From an uncultured Oscillospiraceae bacterium (GTDB taxonomy: Bacteria > Bacillota > Clostridia > Christensenellales > CAG-138): DNA of 64,000 nt. Within the stretch, counting starts at the first letter, position 1. Every line of letters begins with the position of its first letter. Shown here in pieces: positions 26,986-36,933 of this stretch. Location: positions 62 through 64,061 of the forward strand of contig CAZWSI010000011.1 in NCBI GenBank assembly GCA_964636405.1. Direction: 5' to 3'. Both the position numbers and the translations under genes were made by a program. The notes under the pieces are model-generated. The model ran no database searches. It had not been told where the DNA came from and was given only the letters and a program-made list of their open reading frames with translations.

Positions 26986-27603
26986 TCAAACAGGCTCCGC
27001 GGCAAGATACCATAGATAAAACGACGCGATGGAGCCATAGGGCGAGTAGCGTGCGCGCAGTGCTTCGAACTGCTCTTTGCTCACGCTTTCCAGCCCGTAA
27101 AGCCGCATCACGCCCTTGCGGATGCCAAAATCGCCGTAGCTTAGCACATCCTTCCGTTCAAGCGAAAAGAGCATCAGCATTTCGGCCGTCCACAAGCCGA
27201 CGCCGGGCAGAGCGGTGAGCGTCTTAATCAGCGCCTCGTCCGAAAGCGCCGAAAGCTGCTCCGCGCTGAGCGCGCCCGTGGCAAAGCGCTCCGCGCAGCC
27301 CTGAATAAAGCGTGTCTTGCGGCCAGAAAGCCCGCAATTGCGCAGCGCATCTGGGCTTACGGCAAGCACGTTTTCCGGCGTAATCTCGGTCAGCAGGAGC
27401 AGCAAACGGCCCCACACCGTGATAAACGCCTTGGCGGAGATCTGCTGGCCCACTATGCTGTTGATCAGCGCGGAAAACAGATCCGGCAGCACGGCGCGGT
27501 CAAGCCGGCCAATGCGGTCGATCTCACGCGCCAGAACGGGATCGCGCGCCTTCAGCGCGGCAAGCTCCCCGTCCGTATAGGAAAAAACGCGGTCCAACGG
27601 CAT
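26986..27603 (-). CDS. HhH-GPD DNA glycosylase (3-methyladenine DNA glycosylase II / AlkA-like)
   Basis: HhH motif LTALPGVGLWTAEM followed by the catalytic-Asp context SYGDFGIRKG. Start at ATG 27603 with a purine-rich SD. Confidence 0.8.
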   Translation of the reverse strand: MPLDRVFSYTDGELAALKARDPVLAREIDRIGRLDRAVLPDLFSALINSIVGQQISAKAFITVWGRLLLLLTEITPENVLAVSPDALRNCGLSGRKTRFIQGCAERFATGALSAEQLSALSDEALIKTLTALPGVGLWTAEMLMLFSLERKDVLSYGDFGIRKGVMRLYGLESVSKEQFEALRARYSPYGSIASFYLWYLAAEPV

Positions 27604-27738
27604 AAAAGTGCCCTCTCTTTCCTGCATGCAGCAAACGAAGCGTTGTCAGTATACAGGAATTTGGCCGCAATCGCAAGAATGCGTGCCCGTCATGGCGAAA
27701 TATGGTATACTGTGTCTATTCAAGCGAGGAGGTTATAT

Positions 27739-28275
27739 ATGGAGCAGCCGTTAATTACAAAAGAAGCATTGAATACGGACGAAGCGCCCCTGCAAACGCC
27801 GGACGCGCTCACGCTGCTTGCGGAGATGAAGGAGTCCCTCGACCAGCAAAACAAGCTGATCAAACGCCGTACGTTTTTCTCCCAGCTCACGCTGCTTGCG
27901 CTCGTTATCATGATGATCATGCTGGCAATCGGCGTGGCCTATATCATTCCGCCCATTGTGGAAACGCTCGCAAGCGTACAAAAAACGGTCGATACCATCA
28001 ACGCCTCCAATATGCCTGGCGCGATTGCAAGCGTGCAGCAGTTCGCCATTACCGGCGCGCAGACCCTGCAGGGCATTGACGTCGCGGTCAGCAACCTCAA
28101 AACGCTCGACGTAGCCACGCTCAACCTGGCCATCGGCGAGCTGGAGACGACGGTCAATGCGCTCTCCAAGCTGGACATAGGCTCGCTGAACACCGCCATT
28201 TCCAACCTCAATCTTACCATCGAGCCGCTTGCGCGAATTATCGCAAGCATCCAAAAAACGCTGCGTCTCTCCTGA
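27739..28275 (+). CDS. Hypothetical single-pass membrane protein with coiled-coil-like ectodomain
   Basis: ATG 27739 with GAGGAGG SD and an extended -10 TGGTATACT (27703-27711). One TM segment (LTLLALVIMMIMLAIGVAYII). Repetitive L/I/V-x3 pattern afterwards. Confidence 0.6.
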   Translation: MEQPLITKEALNTDEAPLQTPDALTLLAEMKESLDQQNKLIKRRTFFSQLTLLALVIMMIMLAIGVAYIIPPIVETLASVQKTVDTINASNMPGAIASVQQFAITGAQTLQGIDVAVSNLKTLDVATLNLAIGELETTVNALSKLDIGSLNTAISNLNLTIEPLARIIASIQKTLRLS

Positions 28276-28304
28276 CGGCAGGGGGTCTGTTCGCGCAAAA
28301 CGGC

Positions 28305-29582
28305 TTACGCATCGACGACGGGCGGCGCATCCTCTGCGCCGTCCTTTGCTTCCGCGCCCGCCTCGCTTTCGTACATGGCGCGCACATGCTTCCGATTCCG
28401 CCAGATCGTAAGGAAGCACGCCAGCATGGAGAACGCGCCGCAAAGCGAGAGGCATACGCGCAAATCGAGCACCTCGCCCAAGGCGCCCACCGCCAGGCTG
28501 AGCACGCCGAGCGCGGCGGAATAGATCACGCCCTCAAAGGCGTTGAGCCGCGCGCGAAATTCCTCCGGAATATAACGCTGCACCGCAGCCTGCCGCATGG
28601 TTGCGCTGTTGATGCCCAGAAAGCCGCACACGGCGCGGTTTACGAGCATGAGCGGATACGGCAGCCAAAGCAGCAGCATATCCATGCTTTCATAGGCCAG
28701 ATAGACCAGAAAGGCGAAGGAAAAGCGCTTTTTGGGCGGAATTGCAAAGCGATAGTGCAGCACGCCGCCAAGCGAACGTCCGGCAAACTCCGCAATGGAG
28801 AACAGCCCATACATGGCCAGCGTAAAGCCGGGCATCGTGCGGAAGAAGGCCATGAGAATGGGCCCGTAGCCGTTCCCCACGCCGTTTGTCACGGCCATGT
28901 ACGCATAGATGCTCTGAAGCCCCTTTTCTTTTTTCAGGTAGGCGGCGGCCGCCTTGATATCCGCCCACCACATTTTGAAGGAAAAGCGCTCTCCGCCGAG
29001 CAGATTGGTCTCCTTCACCTGAATAAAGCTCTCCGTGGCCGCCGCCAGAATCGACAGCCCCGCCTGCATCAGCAGAATAAACGGCACGCCGACCGTGTCC
29101 AGCAAAATCGCGGCGACGGGCACCATCACAACGTTTAGCACGGGATAGATCATGGAGGAAACGGTATAGCCCTTTTCCTCCATCCCAAGTGGAATGAGCT
29201 TGGGAAACATGCTGTTATACGCGAGCGAATCGAAGGAGCCCAGGCAACAGAGCAGGAGTGAAAAAAGCAGATAGCCCACGTAGCTAAACTCAAATTTGAG
29301 CAGATAAAAGCCCGCAAGCGCATACAGAACGCCGTTGAGCAAATCGCCCCCCACAAGAAAGGGCTTGCGCGGCAGACGATCCATCAGCGGGGCGGCAAGC
29401 AGCGGCACGAGCAGATTCGGGATGACGCGAATGGCGATGAGGAGCGCAGCGGCCAGCGTGCTGCCGGTTTCGTCATAGACCAAAAAGGAGAGCGCGAAGC
29501 CCCCCGCAATGCCACCCATCGCGCCAAGCACGGTCGCGACGGTTACCAGGCTAAAGTTTCTTGTCCAAAGCGCTTTCTTCAT
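28305..29582 (-). CDS. MFS transporter
   Basis: 425 aa, about 12 TM segments. MDRLPRKP loop motif typical of MFS. GGAGGTG SD. Confidence 0.85.
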   Translation of the reverse strand: MKKALWTRNFSLVTVATVLGAMGGIAGGFALSFLVYDETGSTLAAALLIAIRVIPNLLVPLLAAPLMDRLPRKPFLVGGDLLNGVLYALAGFYLLKFEFSYVGYLLFSLLLCCLGSFDSLAYNSMFPKLIPLGMEEKGYTVSSMIYPVLNVVMVPVAAILLDTVGVPFILLMQAGLSILAAATESFIQVKETNLLGGERFSFKMWWADIKAAAAYLKKEKGLQSIYAYMAVTNGVGNGYGPILMAFFRTMPGFTLAMYGLFSIAEFAGRSLGGVLHYRFAIPPKKRFSFAFLVYLAYESMDMLLLWLPYPLMLVNRAVCGFLGINSATMRQAAVQRYIPEEFRARLNAFEGVIYSAALGVLSLAVGALGEVLDLRVCLSLCGAFSMLACFLTIWRNRKHVRAMYESEAGAEAKDGAEDAPPVVDA

Positions 29583-29772
29583 GCGCCCACCTCCCCGATG
29601 CGAGTATCATACAAGATAAGCGGACAATTTCTGCGCTCGCCTCCGCCTCGCCCCGCTCCAGCCTGGAAAGATACGAAACGGAGCAGACGCCCTTGCAAAG
29701 CCCCTCCTGACTCCAATTCCGCTTTAAGCGTTCCTGCCGGATATACAGGCCGGGAAAAAGGGGATCCATCAT
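29551..29772 (-). CDS. Short XRE-family helix-turn-helix protein (possibly a truncated regulator)
   Basis: 73 aa. IRQERLKRNWSQEGLCKGVCSVSYLSRLERGEAEASAEIV matches the HTH_3 pattern. The 3' end overlaps the MFS start by 32 nt. Confidence 0.45.
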   Translation of the reverse strand: MMDPLFPGLYIRQERLKRNWSQEGLCKGVCSVSYLSRLERGEAEASAEIVRLSCMILASGRWAHEESALDKKL

Positions 29773-29811
29773 GCGCTCCTTTTCCGCTTGCGCGGCTGCT
29801 TGGCCGAGGCG

Positions 29812-30723
29812 TTAAGCTTCTCCCCGCACTCTGTACGCGGCAACCTCCTCCGCGATGCCCTCGCGAAAGGACATGGGCGCATAGCCAAAGTCAGCCGTCG
29901 CTTGCTCATGCGAGTAGGCGCGTGGCTCCACAAGCCGCTGCACCTTTTCGCGCAGGTCCAGCTTGGTAAAGCTCAGACCGTAAAGGGCGAGCGTCGCGCC
30001 GTAGGCCATAAAGAAGGGCATGGACACAAAGCGCGGCTTTTTTCCAAGGGCCTGGGCGATTTCGGAAAGCGCGTCGCGCAGCTCGACGGGTTTTTCCCCG
30101 GAGAGCACGTAAGCCTTGCCGTCCGTTTCGGCTGGGTGCGTAAACACCTCGAAATAGGCGTTGCCCAAATCCCGCTCATGGACGGGCTGCAACGCAAAGC
30201 GCCCGCCGCTGACGACCGGTATAACGGGCAGCCGGTCCACCATGCGGATGAATTTGCACATGTTCTGATCGTTCAGCGATCCGTACACCATGGTGGGCCG
30301 AAGCAGGGTGAGGCTTGCGCCGCACTCCGCACACATGCGCTCGACCGAAGCGTCGATTTGCCGGTAGCCCTCCCCCGCGTGCTTATAACGGGAATAAATG
30401 CCCGTGGTGTGCACCGCGAGCACGCGCTTTACGCCGTTTTTCAGGGCGGCCGAAACAATCTTTTCCGACCAGTGTATGCCGGCAGTGTGCAAAAGCGTAT
30501 CCGCGCCGCAAAGCGCCTGTTCCAAAAAGGCATCATCCTCAAAGCTGCCAGCAGCAATCTCCATAGGCAAGCCGCAGCTCCGCAAAAGCGAGGTGTCCGA
30601 GCTTTCCCGCACAAGCGCCCGGAAGCGCAGGCCGGTAAGCGCATCCGGCTCCGCCATCATGCGCTTTAGGCAATGACGGCCTGTTTTCCCTGTCATGCCG
30701 GTTAAAACCACAAGCTGATCCAT
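29812..30723 (-). CDS. NAD(P)-binding epimerase/dehydratase-family (atypical SDR) protein
   Basis: N-terminal Rossmann motif VLTGMTGKTG; 303 aa. AGGAG SD. Confidence 0.8.
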   Translation of the reverse strand: MDQLVVLTGMTGKTGRHCLKRMMAEPDALTGLRFRALVRESSDTSLLRSCGLPMEIAAGSFEDDAFLEQALCGADTLLHTAGIHWSEKIVSAALKNGVKRVLAVHTTGIYSRYKHAGEGYRQIDASVERMCAECGASLTLLRPTMVYGSLNDQNMCKFIRMVDRLPVIPVVSGGRFALQPVHERDLGNAYFEVFTHPAETDGKAYVLSGEKPVELRDALSEIAQALGKKPRFVSMPFFMAYGATLALYGLSFTKLDLREKVQRLVEPRAYSHEQATADFGYAPMSFREGIAEEVAAYRVRGEA

Positions 30724-30753
30724 CGTACGCTCCTAACGAGATTCGTCCGGCGC

Positions 30754-32076
30754 TTATTCCACCACGTCGGCAAAATCCATATCGGTCTTGTTCGCAATGG
30801 CGATTGTAACGTCGACATACTGGCCGTTTCTATATACGTGCAGCGTGAGCGTATCGCCAATCATGAGGCTTTGCACAAGCGCGACAAGCTCGGGATGCTC
30901 CGTAATTTTCTTTCCGTTGGCCTCCACGATGATATCGCCCTTGAGCAGGCCGCCCTTATCCGCCGGGCCGCCCTTTACGACATTTTCCACATACGCGCCC
31001 ACGGGCGTTGCCGCGCTTTCGGCCATGAGTTCCGTGATGGTGGAAACGGTGATGCCGATGCCGGGACGTGTGATCTTGCCGTCCTTGACAAGCTGCTCCA
31101 TAATCTCCAGAACGGTGTTGATGGGCAGCGCAAAACCAATGCCCTCCGCCGCGATGGAATTGCCGTACGCGTCGTAGCCCGCCGTGATGGATTTCGCGCT
31201 GTTCATGCCGATGACCTCGCCGCGCATGTTCAGCAGCGGGCCGCCGCTGTTGCCAAAGTTGATGGCCGCGTCCGTTTGCAAATAGGTGTTGGTGTAGCTG
31301 TCTATGGTAATCTCGCGTGATTTTGCGCTGATAATGCCGAAGGTAATGGTGTTGGCAAGCTCCGAGGTATCGAGCGGATTGCCGATGGCGAGCACGTATT
31401 CGCCCACGCGCACCGCGTCGGAATCGCCGCAGGCTACGGCCTTGAGCCCAAGGCCCTTGCCGTCGATGAGCAGCACGGCAACGTCCGTTTCCTTATCGAA
31501 GCCCACGATATCAGCAGGCACCTCCTCACCGCTCGCGAGCAGCACCGTAACGGCCGAGGCAGAATCGATGACATGGGCGTTTGTGAGCACATAGCCCTCG
31601 CTCGATACGATAAAGCCCGAGCCCGAACCGTAGATGTCCAGCATCTTTCGGCCGTTTGCCACGGATTCGGTGTAGTTGACCACGCCGACCATGGACTCCG
31701 CCACCGCGTCGTAAATATCGGGGATCGGATTATCCGAGGTGAGCGGAAGGTTCGGCACCACGCCGTCGATTGTGGGCATTTCATTGCCCGCCGGAATGGG
31801 CGTTGCTGTGTTGGACGGTGCAAAGGGCGTCGGGGTGGGCGTGGCGAACAAACCAAAGCCAAAATCGAGCGCCGCCGAAGGCCCGGGGGTGGACGAAGCT
31901 TGCGGAAGCACGGCCTCCTCCCGCCGCGCTTCGCTCGTAAAGAGCGCGAAAAGCAGCGCAGCAAGCAGCAACAGCACGACGACGATTACGACCGTTACAA
32001 AGGCATTGCCTCCGTCGCGCTTTTTTCTTTCGTAGCCCGCGTAAATCGGGTCGTTCGGGTTAAAGCCTGTATCCAT
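30754..32076 (-). CDS. htrA: HtrA/DegP-family serine protease with PDZ domain
   Basis: ORF 30754..32184. Start at ATG 32076 with GGAGGA SD. TM anchor, trypsin-like motifs (TNAHV, GNSGGPL), C-terminal PDZ. Confidence 0.9.
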   Translation of the reverse strand: MDTGFNPNDPIYAGYERKKRDGGNAFVTVVIVVVLLLLAALLFALFTSEARREEAVLPQASSTPGPSAALDFGFGLFATPTPTPFAPSNTATPIPAGNEMPTIDGVVPNLPLTSDNPIPDIYDAVAESMVGVVNYTESVANGRKMLDIYGSGSGFIVSSEGYVLTNAHVIDSASAVTVLLASGEEVPADIVGFDKETDVAVLLIDGKGLGLKAVACGDSDAVRVGEYVLAIGNPLDTSELANTITFGIISAKSREITIDSYTNTYLQTDAAINFGNSGGPLLNMRGEVIGMNSAKSITAGYDAYGNSIAAEGIGFALPINTVLEIMEQLVKDGKITRPGIGITVSTITELMAESAATPVGAYVENVVKGGPADKGGLLKGDIIVEANGKKITEHPELVALVQSLMIGDTLTLHVYRNGQYVDVTIAIANKTDMDFADVVE

Positions 32077-32095
32077 TGTGAATTCCTCCGTTCTG

Positions 32096-33547
32096 TTAGC
32101 GTCTGGGCGCGGGCGCGCGCCTGAGCGTAAATGTGAATGTGCTCCCCTTCCCCCTTGCGCTTTTGAGGGATATGGTCTGTCCATGCTGGTCGATGATTCG
32201 TTTCACAATGGAAAGGCCAAGCCCGGTTCCGCTCTGCTTGGTGGGCGTATGCGCCTTTTCCACCTTGTAGAAGCGATCGAATACATAAGGGACGTCCTCC
32301 TCCGGGATCCCCTGCCCGAAGTCCTGTATGCTGACATACACCTCTTTGTGCATGGCATAGGTGGCGATGCGCAGCTTCCGCCCGTCTGGCGAATATTTGA
32401 TGGCGTTGTCGATGAGGTTGCGCAGCACCTGCGAAATCTGCGCGCTGTCCGCCTCGACATAATATTGATCGAGCGCGAATTTTATCTCGACCTCCATCTG
32501 CTTTTCGTAAATGCGCGCTTCGAAGGTAAACAGGGTTCGGCTGATCAGCTCATTGATATCGAACACCTCTAGCTTGAGCGCGGTCTTGCCGGACTCAATG
32601 CGCGCAAGATCCAGCAAATCGTTGACCATGGCGGCCATGCGCTTGGTTTCGGAAAGCACGATGCTGATATACTTATCGTACTCCTCCCGGCTGATGACTC
32701 CGTCCTGCATAGCCTCGAGAAAGCCCTTCATGGACGTGAGCGGCGAACGAAGCTCGTGACTTACGTTCGCTACAAAGCTGCGCCGCGTTGCCTCCAGATC
32801 GACAAGCTGATCGGCCATGGAGTTAAAGCTTACCGCAAGCTGCGTGGCCTCCTTTGTGCTGCTGATGGGGATGCGGGCATTGTAATCGCCCTTGCTGTAG
32901 CGCTGCACAATGTCGTTGATCTCCAAAAAGGGCCTGGTAAGCTGGGTGGTGGTGGAATATACCACGATAATGCCGATTAAAGCGCCCATCAGCGCAATGA
33001 GCAGCACCTCCACATAAATGGAACGGATGCTCGTTTCCAGCGCGGAGAGATCAACGTGCATGAGCGCAACCGCCGTACCGCCGTCGGAAAGCGAAAACTG
33101 CTGGGAGGCGGTCAGAACGGGGAACGAAACAAGCTGCGAATAGCGCTTGGTGTATACCTCGCTTTGTTCGCTGGTGGAAACGAGTATGCTGCGCAGCTCG
33201 GATTCCGTATACGGCCGGCCCGAGATGGGCCGCCACCGGGACGATTCAAAGTAGCTCTGCTGCCCGCCGTTGGAAAGCACCACCTCGATGAGCCCGTCAT
33301 AATGCCTTGAAACAAGACTGAGCTCATCCGCCAGATCCGCCAAGCGCTCCATATCCGGGTACGCGTCGGCATACAGCGCGCACACGGCCTGTACCTCGCG
33401 GAAAAGCTCCTGCTTTTTTTCGCGCATCATCTGCGTTTGCAACAAAGCAGCAACCGTTACGCCGGTAAGGAGCATAAGCCCGAGCGTAACGGTCATGTAG
33501 GTGATCAGCATGCGTGAAAATAAAGTTCTCAGGAAATCCTTCCGCAT
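32096..33547 (-). CDS. Sensor histidine kinase (TM-HAMP-HisKA-HATPase_c)
   Basis: H-box SHELRSPLTS, N-box NLIDNAIKYS, G-boxes DFGQGI and GTGLGLSIV. Confidence 0.9.
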   Translation of the reverse strand: MRKDFLRTLFSRMLITYMTVTLGLMLLTGVTVAALLQTQMMREKKQELFREVQAVCALYADAYPDMERLADLADELSLVSRHYDGLIEVVLSNGGQQSYFESSRWRPISGRPYTESELRSILVSTSEQSEVYTKRYSQLVSFPVLTASQQFSLSDGGTAVALMHVDLSALETSIRSIYVEVLLIALMGALIGIIVVYSTTTQLTRPFLEINDIVQRYSKGDYNARIPISSTKEATQLAVSFNSMADQLVDLEATRRSFVANVSHELRSPLTSMKGFLEAMQDGVISREEYDKYISIVLSETKRMAAMVNDLLDLARIESGKTALKLEVFDINELISRTLFTFEARIYEKQMEVEIKFALDQYYVEADSAQISQVLRNLIDNAIKYSPDGRKLRIATYAMHKEVYVSIQDFGQGIPEEDVPYVFDRFYKVEKAHTPTKQSGTGLGLSIVKRIIDQHGQTISLKSARGKGSTFTFTLRRAPAPRR

Positions 33548-33554
33548 CGGTTAC

Positions 33555-34232
33555 TCACTGTTGCTCAAATTTATACCCGACGCCCCACACGGTTTTCAAC
33601 TGCCAATCGTGACGGTCGCCCAGCTTTTCTCGAATACGCTTGACATGCACGTCCACCGTGCGCGAATCACCGAAGAAGTCAAACCCCCATACCTGCTCGA
33701 GAAGCTGCTCCCGCGTAAACACCTTGCCGGAATGGGAGGCCAGAAAATAGAGGAGTTCGATCTCCTTGGGCGGCATGTCGAGCTGCCTGCCGTCGAGCAG
33801 CACCGCGTAGTTTTCCAGCGAAACGGAGAGACCGGGCAAAACGATGGTGCGCTCCGGGTCCACGGGCGCGCTCCTGCGCAGCACGGCCTTGATGCGGGCG
33901 ATGAGCTCCTTTGCGTCGAAGGGCTTTGCGATATAATCGTCCGCGCCCAGCTCCAGGCCCTGCACGCGGTCGCCGGTGTCGCCCTTGGCGGTAAGCATTA
34001 CGACCGGGGTGTCGCTCTCCATGCGGATATCGTGCAGAATCGACCAGCCGTCCTTGCCGGGCAGCATCACGTCGAGCACTACAAGCTGCGGACGCGTTTC
34101 GTGGAAGGCCGCCATGGCCGAAGCGCCGTCCGCGCAGGTGCTCACCTGAAAGCCCGCCTTGCGCAGATACAGCTCGATAATGGCGAGAATATTTCGGTCG
34201 TCGTCAATGACCAGAATGGTGTTGTTTTCCAT
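33555..34232 (-). CDS. OmpR/PhoB-family response regulator
   Basis: Receiver domain (ILVIDDD...VLDVMLPG) plus winged-helix C-terminus (RTVDVHVKRIREKL...VWGVGYKF). Confidence 0.9.
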   Translation of the reverse strand: MENNTILVIDDDRNILAIIELYLRKAGFQVSTCADGASAMAAFHETRPQLVVLDVMLPGKDGWSILHDIRMESDTPVVMLTAKGDTGDRVQGLELGADDYIAKPFDAKELIARIKAVLRRSAPVDPERTIVLPGLSVSLENYAVLLDGRQLDMPPKEIELLYFLASHSGKVFTREQLLEQVWGFDFFGDSRTVDVHVKRIREKLGDRHDWQLKTVWGVGYKFEQQ

Positions 34233-34306
34233 ACAGACTCCTCCGTTGCAGCGCGCATTGCGGCGTGTTGCCTTTCATGCGGAAATTTCCATACACATAC
34301 CTGTTT

Positions 34307-34336
34307 AGTATACCATGGCATGCGGTATTTGTCCAA
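34307..34336 (-). promoter_or_regulatory. Promoter of the RR-HK-htrA operon
   Basis: TTGGAC (34336..34331), 18-nt spacer, extended -10 TGGTATACT (ending at 34307). Confidence 0.5.
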
Positions 34337-34355
34337 AAAATTCGCAAGACTGCCG

Positions 34356-36707
34356 TTATTTAAGCGTAACGACGGTCACGCCCGCGTCGCCCTCGCCGTA
34401 CGCGCCGATGCGGAAGCTCTTTACCGCCGGATGCGAGCGCAGATAATTCTGCACGCCGGCGCGCAGCGCGCCCGTGCCCTTGCCGTGGATCACGGAGAAT
34501 TCCTTGAGGCCCGTCACGTGCGCGTCGTCGATATAGCGGTCGATCTCGAGGATGGCCTCGTCCACAAGCTTCCCGCGCAAATCCAGCTCGAGAAAGCCGC
34601 TCTCCCGCTGCGGCGCGAGCACCACGCGGCTGCCCCCCGTCTGCTTCTTTTTCGGCGGCTCGATCACGCGCAGGTCGGCAAGCTGGGCGCTGAGCTTGAT
34701 AATGCCCGCCTGCAACTGCACCTCGCCGCGCGCGTCCGGCGCTTTGAGCACCGTCGCCTCCTGCCCCATGGTGATCAGCTTCACCCGATCGCCCGGGCGG
34801 AGCGATTTGGGCGCTTCCCCATAGCTCTCCCTGGCGGTCATCTGCTCAGAAAGGCGTTCCTCCGTTTTGCGCATCGCGTCGCGCTGCTCCTGTATGGCGC
34901 GCTCGAGCGCCTTTGGGTCGATATCCTTGATCTTGCGCAGCTCGCGAATCAGGTTTTCCATCTCCGCACGGGTCTCCGTTACCATGCGCCGCGCGTCCTC
35001 CTTCGCCTTTTGGCGAAGGAGCGTTTTTTCATCCTCCAGCTTTTGCTTTTCTTTGGTAAGCTCGCCGCGGATGCGCTCTGCGTCATACTGGGCCTGCTTT
35101 GCTTCCCGCAAGGCGGCCTCCGCGTTCCTTCTGGCTTCCTCCGCGCCGGAAAGCACATCCTCAAAGGCCACGTCCTTTTTACCGAGATACTCCGCCGCGC
35201 GGCTTATAACCGCTTCGTCAAGCCCGAGTCGGCGGGAAATCTCAAAGGCGTTGGATTTTCCGGGAATGCCGATAAACAGCCGGTAGGTTGGGCAAAGCCT
35301 GTCCACGTCAAATTCCATGCTCGCGTTTTGCATGCCGCTTTTGGTGAGCGCAAAGGCCTTGATCTCGCTATAGTGCGTGGTGGCCACGGTACGCGCGCCG
35401 CGCTTGAAAAGCGTTTCCAAAATGGCCTGCGCAAGCGCCGCGCCCTCCACGGGGTCCGTGCCCGCGCCCAGCTCGTCGAGCAGCACAAGGGAGCGCTCGT
35501 CCGCGCTTTCCAGAATACGCACGATGTTTTTGGTGTGTGAGGAGAAGGTCGAAAGCGACTGTTCGATGGACTGCTCGTCGCCAATATCGGCAAAAACCCC
35601 GCTGAATACGGAAAGCCGCGTGCCTTCGTCGGCTGGCACGAACAGGCCCGACATGGCCATAAGCGTAAAGAGCCCCACTGTTTTCAGCGTAACGGTTTTG
35701 CCGCCCGTATTCGGGCCGGTGATAATGAGCGTGGTAAACGCGTCGCCCAGCCAGATATCTACGGGCACTACACTCTCCTTCGGCAGCAGCGGGTGACGGC
35801 CCTTTAAAATAAAGATCCTGCCGTCGTCGGTCAGCATCGGCCGGTGCGCGCGCATATCGCGCGCGGTCACGGCCTTGGCAAAGATGAGATCGAGCGCGCC
35901 CAAAATGACAAGGCTCCCGGCCAGCTCGTCCGCCAGCGGATCAACCATGGCCGTCAAGCCCGCGAGGATGCGCTCAATCTCCGTGCGCTCCTGCGCCAGC
36001 AGCCGTTTATGCTCGTTGCCCAGCTCCACGCAGGCCGCTGGCTCGATAAAAAGCGTCGCGCCGCTCCCGCTTTGATCGTGCACAAGGCCCGGCACCTCGT
36101 TGCGGTACTCGGCCTTGACAGGCAGCGCGAAGCGGCCGTTGCGCATGGTGATGATGGACTCCTGCAAATATTTCTGGCTCGAGGCGCCGCGAATCATGGC
36201 GTTCAGCTTCTCCCGCACGCGCTCGTTGACAATGCGAATTTGCCTGCGGATGCGCACAAGCTCGGGCGAGGCGTTGTCCGCAATCTCGTCCTCCGAAAGA
36301 ATGCAGCGCGCAATCTCTTCCTCTACGCTCCGGCGCGCGGTCAGCCTGTTTGCCATCATGGCAAGGAGGCCCTCCGCGTCGCCGTCGTGCAGCACCTCGC
36401 GCGCACAGCGGGAAACGCGCAGGCAGGCCGCCACCTGTAGCAATTCGCCCGCCGACAGCGCCAGCGCGGCATGCACGCGGCGCAATAAATCCCGGATGTC
36501 CGGGAAGCCGTCGATGGGCGTGCGGCCCGTGCGACGGTAGATCGCGTCCGCCTCCCAGGTCTGCGTCAAAAGCGTTTCCGCGTCCGCAAGGCTCCCCGCC
36601 GGGCGGAGCCGCGAAGCCGCCTCCCTGCCGACGTCCGAGGCGAGGTGCGAGCTGATCAGCGCGACGATTTTATCGTATTCAAGGGTTGTCAGGACTTTTT
36701 CGTTCAT
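34356..36707 (-). CDS. mutS2: Endonuclease MutS2 (MutS domain V ATPase + Smr)
   Basis: 783 aa. Walker A GPNTGGKT, central coiled coil, C-terminal Smr domain (LDLRGK...VIHGKGTGALR). Confidence 0.95.
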   Translation of the reverse strand: MNEKVLTTLEYDKIVALISSHLASDVGREAASRLRPAGSLADAETLLTQTWEADAIYRRTGRTPIDGFPDIRDLLRRVHAALALSAGELLQVAACLRVSRCAREVLHDGDAEGLLAMMANRLTARRSVEEEIARCILSEDEIADNASPELVRIRRQIRIVNERVREKLNAMIRGASSQKYLQESIITMRNGRFALPVKAEYRNEVPGLVHDQSGSGATLFIEPAACVELGNEHKRLLAQERTEIERILAGLTAMVDPLADELAGSLVILGALDLIFAKAVTARDMRAHRPMLTDDGRIFILKGRHPLLPKESVVPVDIWLGDAFTTLIITGPNTGGKTVTLKTVGLFTLMAMSGLFVPADEGTRLSVFSGVFADIGDEQSIEQSLSTFSSHTKNIVRILESADERSLVLLDELGAGTDPVEGAALAQAILETLFKRGARTVATTHYSEIKAFALTKSGMQNASMEFDVDRLCPTYRLFIGIPGKSNAFEISRRLGLDEAVISRAAEYLGKKDVAFEDVLSGAEEARRNAEAALREAKQAQYDAERIRGELTKEKQKLEDEKTLLRQKAKEDARRMVTETRAEMENLIRELRKIKDIDPKALERAIQEQRDAMRKTEERLSEQMTARESYGEAPKSLRPGDRVKLITMGQEATVLKAPDARGEVQLQAGIIKLSAQLADLRVIEPPKKKQTGGSRVVLAPQRESGFLELDLRGKLVDEAILEIDRYIDDAHVTGLKEFSVIHGKGTGALRAGVQNYLRSHPAVKSFRIGAYGEGDAGVTVVTLK

Positions 36708-36784
36708 ACCGCCGTTCCCACTGTAAATTTTGCTTATCGTACCACGTCGCGCGGCCCGCCGTCAACGCAAAGCGTGTTTGCAGC

Positions 36785-36933
36785 CAGGGCATGTTCATGA
36801 AAAAGTCTGCGGCTTGCAGAGAAAGAGTTTTCGCGCTGATTTTGAAGAAAACTTCAAAACGAAGCCGCAAGAATCGATTACACAGGCGCACAGAGCGCCT
36901 AATTGCCTGAAAAGCTTTCATGAACATGCCCTG
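36785..36933 (+). mobile_element. MITE-like non-autonomous element, copy A (149 bp)
   Basis: 148/149 identical to 60616-60764. Terminal inverted repeats CAGGGCATGTTCATGA / TCATGAACATGCCCTG. Flanked by the perfect 10-bp direct repeat TGTTTGCAGC (36775-36784 and 36934-36943). Confidence 0.75.

Noticed and set aside
36679-36927. Apparent paralogous small proteins (ORFs 36679..36927 and 60531..60839 on the minus strand; 36730..37032 and 60645..60998 on the plus strand) sharing MFMKAFQAIRRSVRLCNRF... and QRKSFRADFEENFKTKPQES...
   Set aside because: The shared peptide maps exactly onto the 149-bp MITE-like repeat, and the ORFs diverge at the element borders. They are better explained as translation artefacts of a non-coding mobile element.
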